A stretch of DNA of 64,000 nucleotides from Bdellovibrionota bacterium FG-2 (GCA_051382305.1 JBBCAV010000153.1:11387-75386), one strand, 5' to 3'; shown: positions 1 through 10,688, counted from the first letter of the stretch. Numbers and translations: made by a program. Notes: generated by a model from the sequence alone, not told the origin.

Positions 1-55
1 TGGCTCCGAGACCTACAAATCTTAGCGCGGAGCGAACCAATTTAAGAGAGTGCAT
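1..55 (-). CDS. possible 5' start of a gene running off the left edge (MHSLKLVRSALRFVGLGA...)
   Basis: ATG at 55 with a GAAGG RBS-like sequence; signal-peptide-like start; sigma54-like motif upstream. Confidence 0.35.
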   Translation of the reverse strand, partial: MHSLKLVRSALRFVGLGA

Positions 56-84
56 ACAGAGACCTTCTTTCCAGAACCCCCTTT

Positions 85-100
85 TGCACACGCTATGCCA
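85..100 (-). promoter_or_regulatory. candidate sigma54 -24/-12 promoter
   Basis: TGGCATAGCGTGTGCA on the minus strand, GG-N10-GC spacing. Confidence 0.45.
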
Positions 101-155
101 TGTCGCATTACTTTATGATCTTTGTAAAACTTAATTCGTATGGTATTTCACGGCT

Positions 156-728
156 GTGATACGCAAGCCCGTCCTTATAACTGGAGGAGATCGAAGTTCG
201 CAGCCTAGATATCTGTGACCCTCGCAACCCTGTTTCTGGAGTGAACTACATCAAAGGAGATGTCCGCGACCCAGTGGCCCTTGCGTGTGCGGCTGCTGGG
301 GTCGAGGCCAGGATCCTCTTTCGCCTTATTCAGGCGTTATCAGTATTTTCTCCCGATTGAGTCGCGATCACATCCCCCTTCAAATTCACGGAGGAGGGAC
401 ACAAACGCGTGATTTCATCTCCGTCCACGATATCGTAGCCGCCTGTTTTTTGGCCCTTCCACCCACGACCGTTTCAGCAGAGGCGATCAATCTAGGAACA
501 GGTAAAGCCACCTCCATTCGGCAATTAGCGGAACAAATCTCAGGCATTTCCAGAGGAACCCCTTCTCTCGTCGCAACACCCTCCCGCGCTGCTGATGTAT
601 TACATTCACTTGCTGATATTTCTCAGGCGGAGCGTATCCTTGGTTGGAAACCTCGGGTCACACTCGTAATGGGTTTGAAGGAGCTTCTTTCAGAAATTCC
701 ACCAAACGCACCGGACCCCAAAAAATAA
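156..728 (+). pseudogene. NAD-dependent epimerase/dehydratase remnant with internal deletions
   Basis: GTG156 frame gives VIRKPVLITGG; a second frame gives ...YIKGDVRDPVALACAAAGVE; ORF 285-728 gives GQDPLSPYSGVISIF...TRDFISVHD...NLGTG. The GxxG remainder and YxxxK core are missing. Confidence 0.7.
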
Positions 729-764
729 TTTATTTATTGCACAGGCTTCGGCTATATTCTCCCA

Positions 765-1790
765 ATGCCATTGCCTCACACGACAGTTCACGGACGCGTT
801 CTGCTTCTTACCCCTTCTTTTGAAACTGAGGGGCTCCTTACGGAGCTTCGAGCCAGGGGCCAGTGGGAGCCATTTGTGCTACCTTCACCCCCGGCGCTTT
901 GGGGCTTACTTAAGTTCATTCATGCCCACAAAATCAATATCATTCACTCCCATGGCAAGGGCACCCTGTTTTACGCGGTTTTAACAAAAATTCTCACATT
1001 TGGTCGTATTCGCATTGTTCATTCCCAGCCGAACTTCGCTCCTCTGAGCTTTCTTGTGCGCTTTGTTGACGTTCTAGCCGTCGCTAGCGAAAGCCTGCAG
1101 GCGCCCTATGAGGCACTAGGTGTTGCCCAACCCAAGCTCAGAGTGATTAACAATGGCGTTGTTTTTCCAAAGCAGCCCGTTGTCACTTTTGATGAAAAAA
1201 TACAGCTCCGCCGTGAAATTCTAGCCCAGCTTTCCTCGGGGGATAAGATTATTCCACCCCGAGCCCCTTTTCCCGTTTTTGCAACTAAAGATCACTGGAT
1301 CCTTGACCTTGCCCCCTTGCACACACTTGAGGATCAAAAGAAGGCAGCCGAACTGTGGAGTGGGCTAAACCCGGTGATTCGAAAAGCCTCATTACTATGG
1401 ATCTTCAAGGCCGAGCCGAGTAGCGACTTATTGAAAGCCTTTGAATCCGTTCCCAATCGAGATCGAGTGGTTTTCATCCGTAAGCACAATGAGGGGGCAC
1501 TGACCCGGCAACTTTGGCTCAGAGCTTCGGACTTAGCCCTCACCATGGAGCCCCATGAAGCCTTAGGTTCTGGCCTCGCCGCAGTAGTGTCTTCTGATGT
1601 TCGCCAGAACGCGGCTGCGATTGAAGCGGCCCTCACCGCGCCAGGATACCGGACCCCTCTTTATTACTATCACCTCTGGCGGGCAAATCGGGGCGTGCGA
1701 CAAGATTTTTCACTCATGGGCATGGTTGAAAAGTATGGCAAGGCATACGAGGATTCTTTGGCGACTTCTCAGCAGGCATCAAATAACTGA
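765..1790 (+). CDS. glycosyltransferase family 4-like protein (divergent or degenerate)
   Basis: IIHSHG, VHS, AVASE and VINNGV motifs of the GT4 N-terminal domain; C-terminal donor-binding motif poorly conserved. Confidence 0.6.
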   Translation: MPLPHTTVHGRVLLLTPSFETEGLLTELRARGQWEPFVLPSPPALWGLLKFIHAHKINIIHSHGKGTLFYAVLTKILTFGRIRIVHSQPNFAPLSFLVRFVDVLAVASESLQAPYEALGVAQPKLRVINNGVVFPKQPVVTFDEKIQLRREILAQLSSGDKIIPPRAPFPVFATKDHWILDLAPLHTLEDQKKAAELWSGLNPVIRKASLLWIFKAEPSSDLLKAFESVPNRDRVVFIRKHNEGALTRQLWLRASDLALTMEPHEALGSGLAAVVSSDVRQNAAAIEAALTAPGYRTPLYYYHLWRANRGVRQDFSLMGMVEKYGKAYEDSLATSQQASNN

Positions 1791-2173
1791 AACACGAAGA
1801 TGGATTGAATTTGATTTTGCTCTAGCTGATCCAAACTCACAGTGCAATAATCCTCATTTTCGACCACGATCTTGGTTTCACGTTTTTGTGCATCAAAAGT
1901 CGCAGCAATAACCTGGCAAGCAGAACCCGTCGTGCGCACCACAAAATCCCGCCCCAAAGCGCCAGGAACTGAAAAACTAATCGCGCGGTAAACGATGTCA
2001 TCGCAACGCATGGGCAGAGCGAGCTCGCGACCGCCGTCACGTCTCCAATCAATACGCTGATGCGCATATATGCCGTTTTCCGGGTTTTTTGGAGTCGCGC
2101 CAAAGGCGCTGCCAACTATTGATTGAAAAGCGACAAGACCCAGAGCCAATACAGAAATTTTTTGTGGTTTCAT
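1769..2173 (-). CDS. hypothetical secreted protein
   Basis: 134-aa ORF with an N-terminal signal peptide (MKPQKISVLALGLVAF...AFG) and several Cys. Confidence 0.55.
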   Translation of the reverse strand: MKPQKISVLALGLVAFQSIVGSAFGATPKNPENGIYAHQRIDWRRDGGRELALPMRCDDIVYRAISFSVPGALGRDFVVRTTGSACQVIAATFDAQKRETKIVVENEDYCTVSLDQLEQNQIQSIFVFQLFDAC

Positions 2174-2269
2174 CAGGCCCCAACCTACGCCACCGGCCCG
2201 CGAAGGTGAAATGCATAGATGTAAAGTTATTATACCTAATGTGCATGATGCCGAAAACCGCGATCGGAT

Positions 2270-4150
2270 CTAGTGCCCCATCGTGCTTTCAATGAGAATC
2301 AAGATAATCCCGATAATCGAGCCCCCGGCAATTACCCCGGCGGCCAGCGTTTCTTGGTTGGCCACAAAAGCTCTAAAGCCAAAGCTCGATTTTTCCTTGA
2401 ATTTGAGGCGGCAAATCCAAAAGAACAGCGTCCCGACCGCCATGAGCCAGGCGTCGGAAAATCTCAAAACAAAGCCCAATCCCATCCCCACTCCCGAAAT
2501 AGGCCATTTGCCACGAGTGCGTTTATTTAAAATCTCGAACACTATACCAAGAATCGCACCCACAAGCGCCGCCACTTGCGCAGTGGGGTGAAGCGCGCCC
2601 AATCCCTTCGTGAGCACCTCCGCAACGCCTTTCCAAATCGAAGCCCCCGGGAGCGGGAGCGCATCTGAAGTAAAACGTGAAATATCGCCCCCGAATATTT
2701 GATAAAACACGGGAACGGCGACCAGGCCCCCTGCAAAAATTCCGAGGACATGGCCGATCGCTTGATGCCGAGGTTTGCCGCCCAAGAGGTACCCCGGTTT
2801 GATATCCATCAATAAATTGCTCGCATTGAGCGCCACTTCGGAGGTGATTCCGGCGGTCATCAAATTGGTCGAAATGTTCCCAGGCGCCAACACGCTGTAG
2901 GTGATCTGCGTGAGTTTGCCCAACGCCCCACCCGGCGTAATCGCCGTCAAGCCCGTCGAAGTCACTGCAATAAGGGTGAACACAAAAACCAGCGGAATCG
3001 CAAGCAGCCCCAGCCACCAATGAATGCCGAACCACGCATGCCCCATCCAAACCGTGATCGCGCCCATGATAGGGATACCGACCACAAAAATCCACATCGG
3101 CAGCTCGATGTCTTTGAGGGGGTCGACTTTGAGGTCGGCTTTTTTGGCAAACGGCTTCTTGAAGGCATCAATCAACATCTGAGGCTTTGAGAAAAATGCA
3201 TAGAGAGAGGACGTCGTCATCATCGAAGCGCCCAGCCATAACGACCACATCGTAATCGCCTTGAACTTCGCCTCCGGAATCACCCCCGCATTGATCATAA
3301 TCGGCGCCAACACAAAATAGTTCAGCCCGCCACCCAAGAGGATCGACATCGCAGTCTTCATGCTCATCAGCCCGCCCGTGCCCACCATCACAATCGAAGT
3401 CTCCCATTGGATGGTCAACGCTTTGAGGGGAATTCCCCCAATCGCCGGCGTGAAAAACCGATACACAAAATCATCCCAATACTGGGGCAGCGCCAGCGCT
3501 TTAAGCCTCAGGGCGCCCATCACCGTCGAATTGCGCCAAGTCTCTAAAAGTGCAGAAAAGAACATCCCCATAAAAAGTAGTTTTGCCTTAAACACCCCCT
3601 CTTTGCCCCCGTGATCGGAGTGCAAATTGTCCAGCACAACTCCCGAAGCATAGCCCTCAGGAAACGGCAGCTGCTCATCGTTGATAAATCTCTTCTTAAG
3701 GGGGAACGCAAACAAGACGCCGAGCAATGAGAGCACGATGATCCACCAAAACGTCTGCCACATGGGAACTACCGTGTGGGTGACCATCATGTACGCGGGC
3801 ATTGAGGCCATCATGGGCGCGGTCATGTAGCCCGCGCTCGTGGCGATGGATTGCATGGCGTTATTTTCGAGGATCGACATTTCCTTTCCCAATTTGAGCC
3901 GAGACAGAACCCGAAAAATAGCAAAGGACAAAATCACGGAGGAAATTCCTACGCCTAATGTCCAACCCGTTTTAATCCCTACATAGAGGTTGGTGAGACT
4001 CAAAACTCCGCCTAAAAGCATCCCCGTAATAGCGGATCTAAAATTGAGTTGCGGCATATCGCGCTTATAAACGGTCTTAAGCCACCACTGATCTTTTTGC
4101 TCAAGAGTCATCGTTCGGATTTGTTCGGGGGTCAGTTCGTGTATTGCCAT
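2270..4150 (-). CDS. OPT-family oligopeptide transporter
   Basis: 626 aa, multi-TM; NLYVGIKTGW, ENNAMQSIATSAG, LPFPEG and DIKPGYLLG motifs. Confidence 0.92.
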   Translation of the reverse strand: MAIHELTPEQIRTMTLEQKDQWWLKTVYKRDMPQLNFRSAITGMLLGGVLSLTNLYVGIKTGWTLGVGISSVILSFAIFRVLSRLKLGKEMSILENNAMQSIATSAGYMTAPMMASMPAYMMVTHTVVPMWQTFWWIIVLSLLGVLFAFPLKKRFINDEQLPFPEGYASGVVLDNLHSDHGGKEGVFKAKLLFMGMFFSALLETWRNSTVMGALRLKALALPQYWDDFVYRFFTPAIGGIPLKALTIQWETSIVMVGTGGLMSMKTAMSILLGGGLNYFVLAPIMINAGVIPEAKFKAITMWSLWLGASMMTTSSLYAFFSKPQMLIDAFKKPFAKKADLKVDPLKDIELPMWIFVVGIPIMGAITVWMGHAWFGIHWWLGLLAIPLVFVFTLIAVTSTGLTAITPGGALGKLTQITYSVLAPGNISTNLMTAGITSEVALNASNLLMDIKPGYLLGGKPRHQAIGHVLGIFAGGLVAVPVFYQIFGGDISRFTSDALPLPGASIWKGVAEVLTKGLGALHPTAQVAALVGAILGIVFEILNKRTRGKWPISGVGMGLGFVLRFSDAWLMAVGTLFFWICRLKFKEKSSFGFRAFVANQETLAAGVIAGGSIIGIILILIESTMGH

Positions 4151-4235
4151 AGGGATGTTCTACAATAGCCGCTCCTTTTTGTCACAATTCCTCCTATCTT
4201 CTCTCGCCGCGCTTTGTTATTACCTTCCCCTCACT

Positions 4236-5864
4236 ATGATTCACTTTACCAACGTCACCAAGCAGTATGGTCACCATGTTTTATATCGAGAAGGCAGCTT
4301 TCAAGTGCGCCCCAACGATCGCATTGGGTTGGTCGGCCCCAATGGCGCCGGCAAAACCACAGTTTTTCGCCTCATTACGGGCGAGGAGAAGGCCGACGCC
4401 GGGGGCATTACGTTTTCAGATAAGCTCGTGATTGGCTATTTCTCCCAAGACGTGGGCGAAATGTCTGGCCGCTCGGCACTCGAAGAAGTGAAAGCGGGCG
4501 CAGGGCGGATTTCGGCGTTGGCGGAGCGGATTTCGACGATGGAAAAGCGGCTGGAACTTTCGGCCGTGAAACCACTGTCTGATGACCAAATGGAGAAGCT
4601 CCTTGAAGACTATGGCGACGCCCAGCTTGAGTTTGAGCAACGAGGCGGCTACGACCTCGACTCTCGTGCCAAAGCCGTTCTAACCGGACTCGGAATTGGT
4701 CCTGACGACTACGACCGCCCTGTCGAGACTTTCAGCGGTGGTTGGAAAATGCGTATTGCGCTGGCCCGCATTTTGGCACTCAACCCCGATCTTTTACTCA
4801 TGGACGAGCCGACCAACCATTTGGACATCGAAAGCATTGTCTGGCTTGAAGAGTGGCTTGCGAGTTTCAAAGGCGCGCTTGTGATGACATGCCATGATCG
4901 CGATTTTATGAATCGTCTCGTGACAAGAATTGTGGAAGTCGCCAACAAGGCCATCACTTCTTACACCGGCAATTATGATTTTTATGAGCGCGAGCGGGAC
5001 ATTCGCAAAGACCAGCTCCTGGCCTCTCAGAGAAAACAACAAGACATGCTGGCTAAAGAAGAGGAATTTATTGCGCGCTTCGCGGCTCGGGCCTCCCATG
5101 CAGCGCAAGTGCAGTCGCGAGTGAAGAAGCTTGAGAAGATTGACCGCATCGAGATCCCGGCGGCGGAGAAGACCGTAAATTTTGAATTTCCCACGCCTCC
5201 TCGCAGCGGCAATGACGTTGTGAAACTTGACGGGATTGCTAAATCTTGGCCGCTGCCTGATGGCCGGGTGAAACCGGTTTTTCACGGAGTTTCTGGCCGG
5301 GTGACCCGGCTGGATCGTATCGCGGTCGTCGGCGTTAACGGCGCGGGCAAATCCACACTGCTCAAATGCATCGCCGGAATGACAGAGCCCACGGAAGGCC
5401 ATGTCACCATTGGCGCGAACGTCAATATTGGCTATTTTAGCCAGAATTCTTTAGACGTCTTGAATCCGGAAAAATCGGTTTTCGATGAAATTCACGACCG
5501 GATTCCTGATTCAACCTTAGGCTACGTTCGTAATCTCTTAGGTGCTTTTTTGTTTGGCGGCGATGACGTGTATAAGAAGATCTCGGTGCTTTCGGGCGGC
5601 GAAAAAAGCCGTCTCGTGTTGGCAACGATTTTGGCCACTCCCGTGAATTTTTTGATTTTGGACGAGCCTACTAATCATCTGGACATCAAAACCCGGGAAA
5701 TTCTCCTGCAAGCCATCCAAAATTTTGATGGGACCGTCATGATCGTTAGCCATGATCGACACTTTTTGCGGCACGTCGCCCGCAGTGTTGTGGAAGTCGA
5801 CCACGGGGAGCTGCGCGTGTACGAAGGCGGCTACGAGTATTATCTCACAAAAAAGGGACACTGA
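4236..5864 (+). CDS. ABC-F family ATP-binding protein
   Basis: two ABC cassettes (GPNGAGKT/FSGGW/DEPTNHLD and GVNGAGKS/LSGGE/DEPTNHLD), linker between them, no TM. Confidence 0.95.
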   Translation: MIHFTNVTKQYGHHVLYREGSFQVRPNDRIGLVGPNGAGKTTVFRLITGEEKADAGGITFSDKLVIGYFSQDVGEMSGRSALEEVKAGAGRISALAERISTMEKRLELSAVKPLSDDQMEKLLEDYGDAQLEFEQRGGYDLDSRAKAVLTGLGIGPDDYDRPVETFSGGWKMRIALARILALNPDLLLMDEPTNHLDIESIVWLEEWLASFKGALVMTCHDRDFMNRLVTRIVEVANKAITSYTGNYDFYERERDIRKDQLLASQRKQQDMLAKEEEFIARFAARASHAAQVQSRVKKLEKIDRIEIPAAEKTVNFEFPTPPRSGNDVVKLDGIAKSWPLPDGRVKPVFHGVSGRVTRLDRIAVVGVNGAGKSTLLKCIAGMTEPTEGHVTIGANVNIGYFSQNSLDVLNPEKSVFDEIHDRIPDSTLGYVRNLLGAFLFGGDDVYKKISVLSGGEKSRLVLATILATPVNFLILDEPTNHLDIKTREILLQAIQNFDGTVMIVSHDRHFLRHVARSVVEVDHGELRVYEGGYEYYLTKKGH

Positions 5865-5871
5865 GGCGTCC

Positions 5872-6534
5872 GTGAGTGAGCTCGTCTTCGACTCCCATGA
5901 CCCCTTTCCCCTGTTTCCACTTGACCATCACGCCTACGCCGACGCGCAAATTCATTCAGAGCAGGTCGATGCTTGGCTTGGATTTGAAACTTCGCCTGTT
6001 GAATCGGGGCTTGCATCCCCGAGCCTTGATCAGCAGTTTTGGCAGCATCTGCCTCCGCGATCCTTTCAGACGCCCTACACGGAGATAAGGCAAATCCTTC
6101 ACGTCTTGGATCCAAAACCTGGCAGCACTTTGATTGATCTGGGCGCGGGTTATGGCCGAATGGCCTTTGTTGTAAGCCGGCACTACCCAGAAGTGCGTTT
6201 CATAGGATATGAAGCCGTGGAGGCGCGCGTTCGCGAAAGCCAGCGAGTTTTAGAACAATGGCCAGTTTTAAACGCCCAAATGGTTTGTGTGGATCTTTCG
6301 CGGCCAGAGTTTGTTTTACCATTTGCGGAGAACTATTTTGTTTTTGATTTCGGCTCTCGGCAGGACGTTTCCAAGACTCTGGACGATCTTAAGCAACTCT
6401 CGGCACGCGGCATGCTTTCGGTGGTCGCGCGCGGGCGTTTGAGCCGTCATCTCATTGACCAAGAGCATCCCTGGCTTGCACAAGTGGTTCCACCTCGGCA
6501 TTTTGCGCAGTTTTCGATTTATGCGAGCGCTTGA
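5872..6534 (+). CDS. class I SAM-dependent methyltransferase-like protein
   Basis: LIDLGAGYGR motif I preceded by QTPY; GTG start at 5872 inferred. Confidence 0.75.
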   Translation: MSELVFDSHDPFPLFPLDHHAYADAQIHSEQVDAWLGFETSPVESGLASPSLDQQFWQHLPPRSFQTPYTEIRQILHVLDPKPGSTLIDLGAGYGRMAFVVSRHYPEVRFIGYEAVEARVRESQRVLEQWPVLNAQMVCVDLSRPEFVLPFAENYFVFDFGSRQDVSKTLDDLKQLSARGMLSVVARGRLSRHLIDQEHPWLAQVVPPRHFAQFSIYASA

Positions 6535-6552
6535 ATTAGTTCGCGCGCGACG

Positions 6553-6612
6553 CTAGTTAATTTTCGGGTTTGTTCGGGTTTTGATTTCCTAACAAACCCG
6601 AAAATTCACTAG
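6553..6612. repeat. 22-bp inverted repeat bounded by CTAG
   Basis: CTAGTTAATTTTCGGGTTTGTT-N16-AACAAACCCGAAAATTCACTAG, 21/22 match. Confidence 0.85.
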
Positions 6613-6676
6613 GGTCTTTCAGCCTGCCCGTCTCAGTCATTGCCATGTCCTCCATATATGCGCTACATTGAGCGCT

Positions 6677-8866
6677 ATGAAGCGACAGAAGAAACAAGAA
6701 GACCGACCTGCAAACAGTGGACATTTTGTTGACCGAAGTGGTCGCGTGCACGGCAAAAAAGGAAGCGTGGCTCCCGCCACGCCTGCAAGCTCCCATAACC
6801 CTGCGCATAAAAATGCACCAAAGGGCACGCCTTCAGGCGCGCGCACCGCGCGCACCGCGCGTCCCAACACGCACAAGATCGTGCTAAACCGCCCAGAAAA
6901 ACAACCTCCCAAGGAAATTTCCGCACCTCGTGAGACACGCCTCCGAGGCACAGTGGAGAAGAATCGCAAGGGTTTTGGATTTGTGATTTTCGAAGGACAA
7001 AGAAGAGAAGACGCCTTTGTCCCGCCGCGAGATGCGGCAAAATTGTTTCAGGGTGATCGGGTGGAGGTCACCCTCAATCAGCGCGGGGTCGTGGTTGATC
7101 TTAAAGTCTTGGAGCATCGTTTTCGCGAGCTGGTGGGCCGCTACTCTCCCATGCCAACGCAGGGCAAACACCCCCGTGGGGGCTTTGTCGTCTATGAACG
7201 CAAACGCTCACGCGAAGAAGTTTTTGTGCCAGAGAAGTCTGCGGTTCCCAAAGACGGTAAAGCGATGATCCCTGGCGACTGGGTGCGCGCCAAACTGTAT
7301 TTTCATGAAAAGGGCCCCTTCCCTGTCACCGCCGAAATCACCCAAAACTATGGCAGTGTCCTGCCCGCCAGCGCCGATATCGAAATGGTCGCCGCCGAAT
7401 ACAATTTAACCGAAGAACATACCGCCGCGGCGGTACGCGAGGCAAAAGAATTCAAGCTTGATTTCCAGCAGGTTCTCGCCTCAGGACGCGAAGATCTGCG
7501 CAAAGTGCCCTTTATTACCATTGACGGCGAAACGGCGCGAGACTTTGATGATGCCGTTTTTGTTGAGCGCAACAAATCAGGGTATAGACTCTGGGTCGCT
7601 ATCGCCGACGTCAGCCATTACGTTCGCCCAGGCACGGCACTTGATAAAGAAGCGCTCTCCCGAGGGACGAGTGTCTATTTTCCAGAACGCGCTTTTCACA
7701 TGCTCCCCGGAGCCTTGTCTGAAAACTTGTGCAGTCTCAAACCTAAAGAGCCCCGTCTAGCTTTTGTCGCCAAGATGGAATTCGATCGTAATGGGGTGAG
7801 GGAAAACACGCAACTCATCGAGGCCGTCATTGAGAGCCACCGGCGTGCCACCTACACCGAGATTCAAAACGAATGGCAAGCACAGAAGAGGAACGCGAGC
7901 TGGGAATTTGTGCCTCATTTTGAGCTATTTCGGGCGATTCAAAAGACCCGCACCGCCCGAGGTTCGATCGATTTTGATTTACCTGAGGCGCAGGTGCGCG
8001 TCGATGATACCGGCGAACCGATTTCAATTACGCTGGCAGAACGTTTCGATTCTCATCGTTTAATTGAAGAATTCATGATCGCGGCCAACGAGGCCGTAAC
8101 CGAATGGATGATGCAACGGAAATGGCCGTTTATTTATCGCACGCATGATGAGCCCGCGGCGGAGGCCTTGCTCAAGTTTTCGAAACTTGCCGCAACCGCA
8201 GGCGTGAAGTTTTCATTAAAAGGCGATAATCTCAATCAGGCGCTCGCAGATCTAGTCCGCCGGTTGGACAAGCATCCGGCCCAATCCCTTCTGAACACGG
8301 CTCTTTTGCGTTCCCTAAAACGCGCCATTTACAGTGCGATTCATGGTATCCACTTCGGTCTCGCCTCTCCTGGTTATACTCATTTTACGAGTCCGATTAG
8401 GCGATATCCTGATCTGGTGGTGCATCGGCTCCTGCGCCATGCTCTGCAAATCGAAAAACGCAAACTTCCCTCGCTCAAAATGAACGAGCGAGACGCAATG
8501 GAAAAGTTGTTGGATGAAACCGCCGAGCATTGCAGTTATCGCGAGCGGGTCGCGACCCTTGCGGATCGCGAAGCGACGAGGCTAAAACAAGTGCGTCTGA
8601 TGATGCATCATTTGGGTGAGGAGTTTGCGGGCAAAATCATTGGCATGGCGGAAATCGGGATGTTTGTCCAAATTGATGCGCCTTACGTCGAGGGTCTTGT
8701 GACCGCAGAGTCCATCGGCGATGACTTTTACCAATTCAACGAAGAGCGCATGATCTTCTCTGGGACGCGCAAGAAGAGAACTTTTCGCATGGGCGATCCG
8801 GTGCGCGTACGCGTGACTCGGGCAGATCTGGATGAGCGAAAAATCGATTTTCAGTTTATTGAGTAG
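6677..8866 (+). CDS. rnr: ribonuclease R
   Basis: cold-shock domain GFGFV, RNB motif TIDGETARDFDDA, HFTSPIRRYPDL, C-terminal S1 domain. Confidence 0.93.
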   Translation: MKRQKKQEDRPANSGHFVDRSGRVHGKKGSVAPATPASSHNPAHKNAPKGTPSGARTARTARPNTHKIVLNRPEKQPPKEISAPRETRLRGTVEKNRKGFGFVIFEGQRREDAFVPPRDAAKLFQGDRVEVTLNQRGVVVDLKVLEHRFRELVGRYSPMPTQGKHPRGGFVVYERKRSREEVFVPEKSAVPKDGKAMIPGDWVRAKLYFHEKGPFPVTAEITQNYGSVLPASADIEMVAAEYNLTEEHTAAAVREAKEFKLDFQQVLASGREDLRKVPFITIDGETARDFDDAVFVERNKSGYRLWVAIADVSHYVRPGTALDKEALSRGTSVYFPERAFHMLPGALSENLCSLKPKEPRLAFVAKMEFDRNGVRENTQLIEAVIESHRRATYTEIQNEWQAQKRNASWEFVPHFELFRAIQKTRTARGSIDFDLPEAQVRVDDTGEPISITLAERFDSHRLIEEFMIAANEAVTEWMMQRKWPFIYRTHDEPAAEALLKFSKLAATAGVKFSLKGDNLNQALADLVRRLDKHPAQSLLNTALLRSLKRAIYSAIHGIHFGLASPGYTHFTSPIRRYPDLVVHRLLRHALQIEKRKLPSLKMNERDAMEKLLDETAEHCSYRERVATLADREATRLKQVRLMMHHLGEEFAGKIIGMAEIGMFVQIDAPYVEGLVTAESIGDDFYQFNEERMIFSGTRKKRTFRMGDPVRVRVTRADLDERKIDFQFIE

Positions 8867-10118
8867 AGGCTGAGAGTTTCCTGACCCTGGCCATAAAGGC
8901 CAACTGCTCGGGCGGGAGAGGCTTCATGCCCTCAAGAAGATCTAGAATTCTTCGTGATCCGTTGGTTTTAGCTATTATGGCTGAATGAGCAAGAAGCATC
9001 CATCGCCCCGGGGTTGAAGCCGCTTCGCGGATTAAGGGTTCTGATAAACTTTCAAAAGCGCCGTCGCAAATGAGGTGGACGATGCGAGGTAGTTCAGTAT
9101 TTGCACTTTTAGGAACGCCCTCAAACGAGTGGTTTTCAAGGTCTTTGAGAAATACTTCAAAAAACAGGCCGCGAATAATGGGTTTCGAAAACATGGGTAA
9201 GCGAGTCTGGGTAATTCGTTCCGAAAATCGTAACCAAGACTCCGAAAACAAAAGCAACGCATTTTCGGTGCAATCACTATGAGGTGTGAGTTCAGGGCAA
9301 AGAAGGGTGCTGCGAATAGCGTCAGCATCAATGACATTACTGACCCCTTCAAAAAGGTCCCCCGTGCCTAACATAACCCTAAGCCATTCAAAGAAACCTT
9401 TTTCCAAGGCACGAACAAGGTGAACCCCAGTCAGAATCCCGACAAAGTGCCCGTCTTTATCAAAAAGTGGCGAGCCACTATAGCCCTTGCGAGAGTCAAG
9501 CTCGACCTCCAGAAAGGGGCCGATTCTTCCTGAAACAGCCCCCTGCTTTACGAGCGTCGCGCCCTCATATTCGAAATGCCGATTCGCAAGAGTTAGAACT
9601 TTCTCTGTAGGGGAATTTGGATTTTTATCAAAAGAAGGTTTCCCGATGGGCTGCCCCACTTCGGCAAAAGCGCAAACATCGAGCCATTGCGAACAGCGCA
9701 GCGGCTTTATCCGTACTTTTCTAAACTTAAGCTCGTTATAAAAACTGACATTCATTTCCTCGGGGCAGCCAGTACTCAAACAGATAATATTCAAAACATG
9801 ATGATTCGTTAAATAGTAATTAGAACCAGGAAAGCGATAGGCTCGCGCGCCCGAATCTTCATTAGCAGGAGAAATATCAAGAATGGCAGACTGCACTTGG
9901 GCGAGTCTCGAGGGGTCGAGCACAGCAGAAGCAGGAACAGACTTATAGATTCTAAACGACTCAACGGTCTTGAGCCAAGTCATTGCACTCTTCGCAACTA
10001 TAATGAAAATGCTCAGGAGCGCAAAAAAAAGCACGACTGAACCAATCCACCGGGCCAGGGTTCTCCAGATTTTTGCAAGTGTCGCGAACATCGTCCGCCT
10101 GCGTTTCTCTTTGTTCAT
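8856..10118 (-). CDS. trypsin-like serine protease with N-terminal membrane anchor
   Basis: LTNHHV (His), LDV (Asp), GYSGSP (Ser). Confidence 0.75.
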   Translation of the reverse strand: MNKEKRRRTMFATLAKIWRTLARWIGSVVLFFALLSIFIIVAKSAMTWLKTVESFRIYKSVPASAVLDPSRLAQVQSAILDISPANEDSGARAYRFPGSNYYLTNHHVLNIICLSTGCPEEMNVSFYNELKFRKVRIKPLRCSQWLDVCAFAEVGQPIGKPSFDKNPNSPTEKVLTLANRHFEYEGATLVKQGAVSGRIGPFLEVELDSRKGYSGSPLFDKDGHFVGILTGVHLVRALEKGFFEWLRVMLGTGDLFEGVSNVIDADAIRSTLLCPELTPHSDCTENALLLFSESWLRFSERITQTRLPMFSKPIIRGLFFEVFLKDLENHSFEGVPKSANTELPRIVHLICDGAFESLSEPLIREAASTPGRWMLLAHSAIIAKTNGSRRILDLLEGMKPLPPEQLAFMARVRKLSASTQ

Positions 10119-10256
10119 AGATCAGGAGTCAAACACAGTATATTGCGAAGCTCAACACCCGAGGTTATTGCTTCTCTTGCTTTAAGCGATCTAACTCAGC
10201 TTGAGCTTGATGGATAGCCATTTCCAGGTCCAAATCCTCGTCAGATTGGGTGTTCA

Positions 10257-10595
10257 TTAAACCCTGCTGACGAGCGATGCGGCTTTGTGATAGCAAAGAC
10301 CTTTCAGTAACCAAATTTGAAAACGACCTCGACTATCTGCTGATGCAGACGGTCCAATGTTAACCCCCCAGATCACATAGACCGACTCGTCCCCATAACG
10401 GCCGTAGTATTTAAATTCGGGAAATTGATTTGGCTGGGCCGAGGAGTTCCAATCCAACAACGGTGTTGCATCATAATACGATCCTCGGACAACCTTGCAC
10501 CCGAGAGGCGCATCGTCAGCAAAGGCCGTACCTTGCAATAATGAAAGCATGAGGCTTGTAGCCACTAATACCTGATAAGCGATTTTGATAAACAT
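10257..10595 (-). CDS. hypothetical secreted protein (C-terminus possibly frameshifted)
   Basis: AAGGAG RBS and signal peptide ending AFA; a short coding-like segment continues in another frame past the stop. Confidence 0.55.
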   Translation of the reverse strand: MFIKIAYQVLVATSLMLSLLQGTAFADDAPLGCKVVRGSYYDATPLLDWNSSAQPNQFPEFKYYGRYGDESVYVIWGVNIGPSASADSRGRFQIWLLKGLCYHKAASLVSRV

Positions 10596-10688
10596 TCTCC
10601 TTCGTTTCTAAATTCTATGATTCTGCCCGAAACATGTTTTTTCGTGTTTCAGGCTAACAGCCGGCTCACTCGGTTGTGCAAGTGCAAA

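Noticed and set aside
4794-5402. Long antisense ORFs opposite conserved genes (also 18381-19055, 52751-53356 and others)
   Set aside because: Shadow frames of well-supported genes, with no motifs
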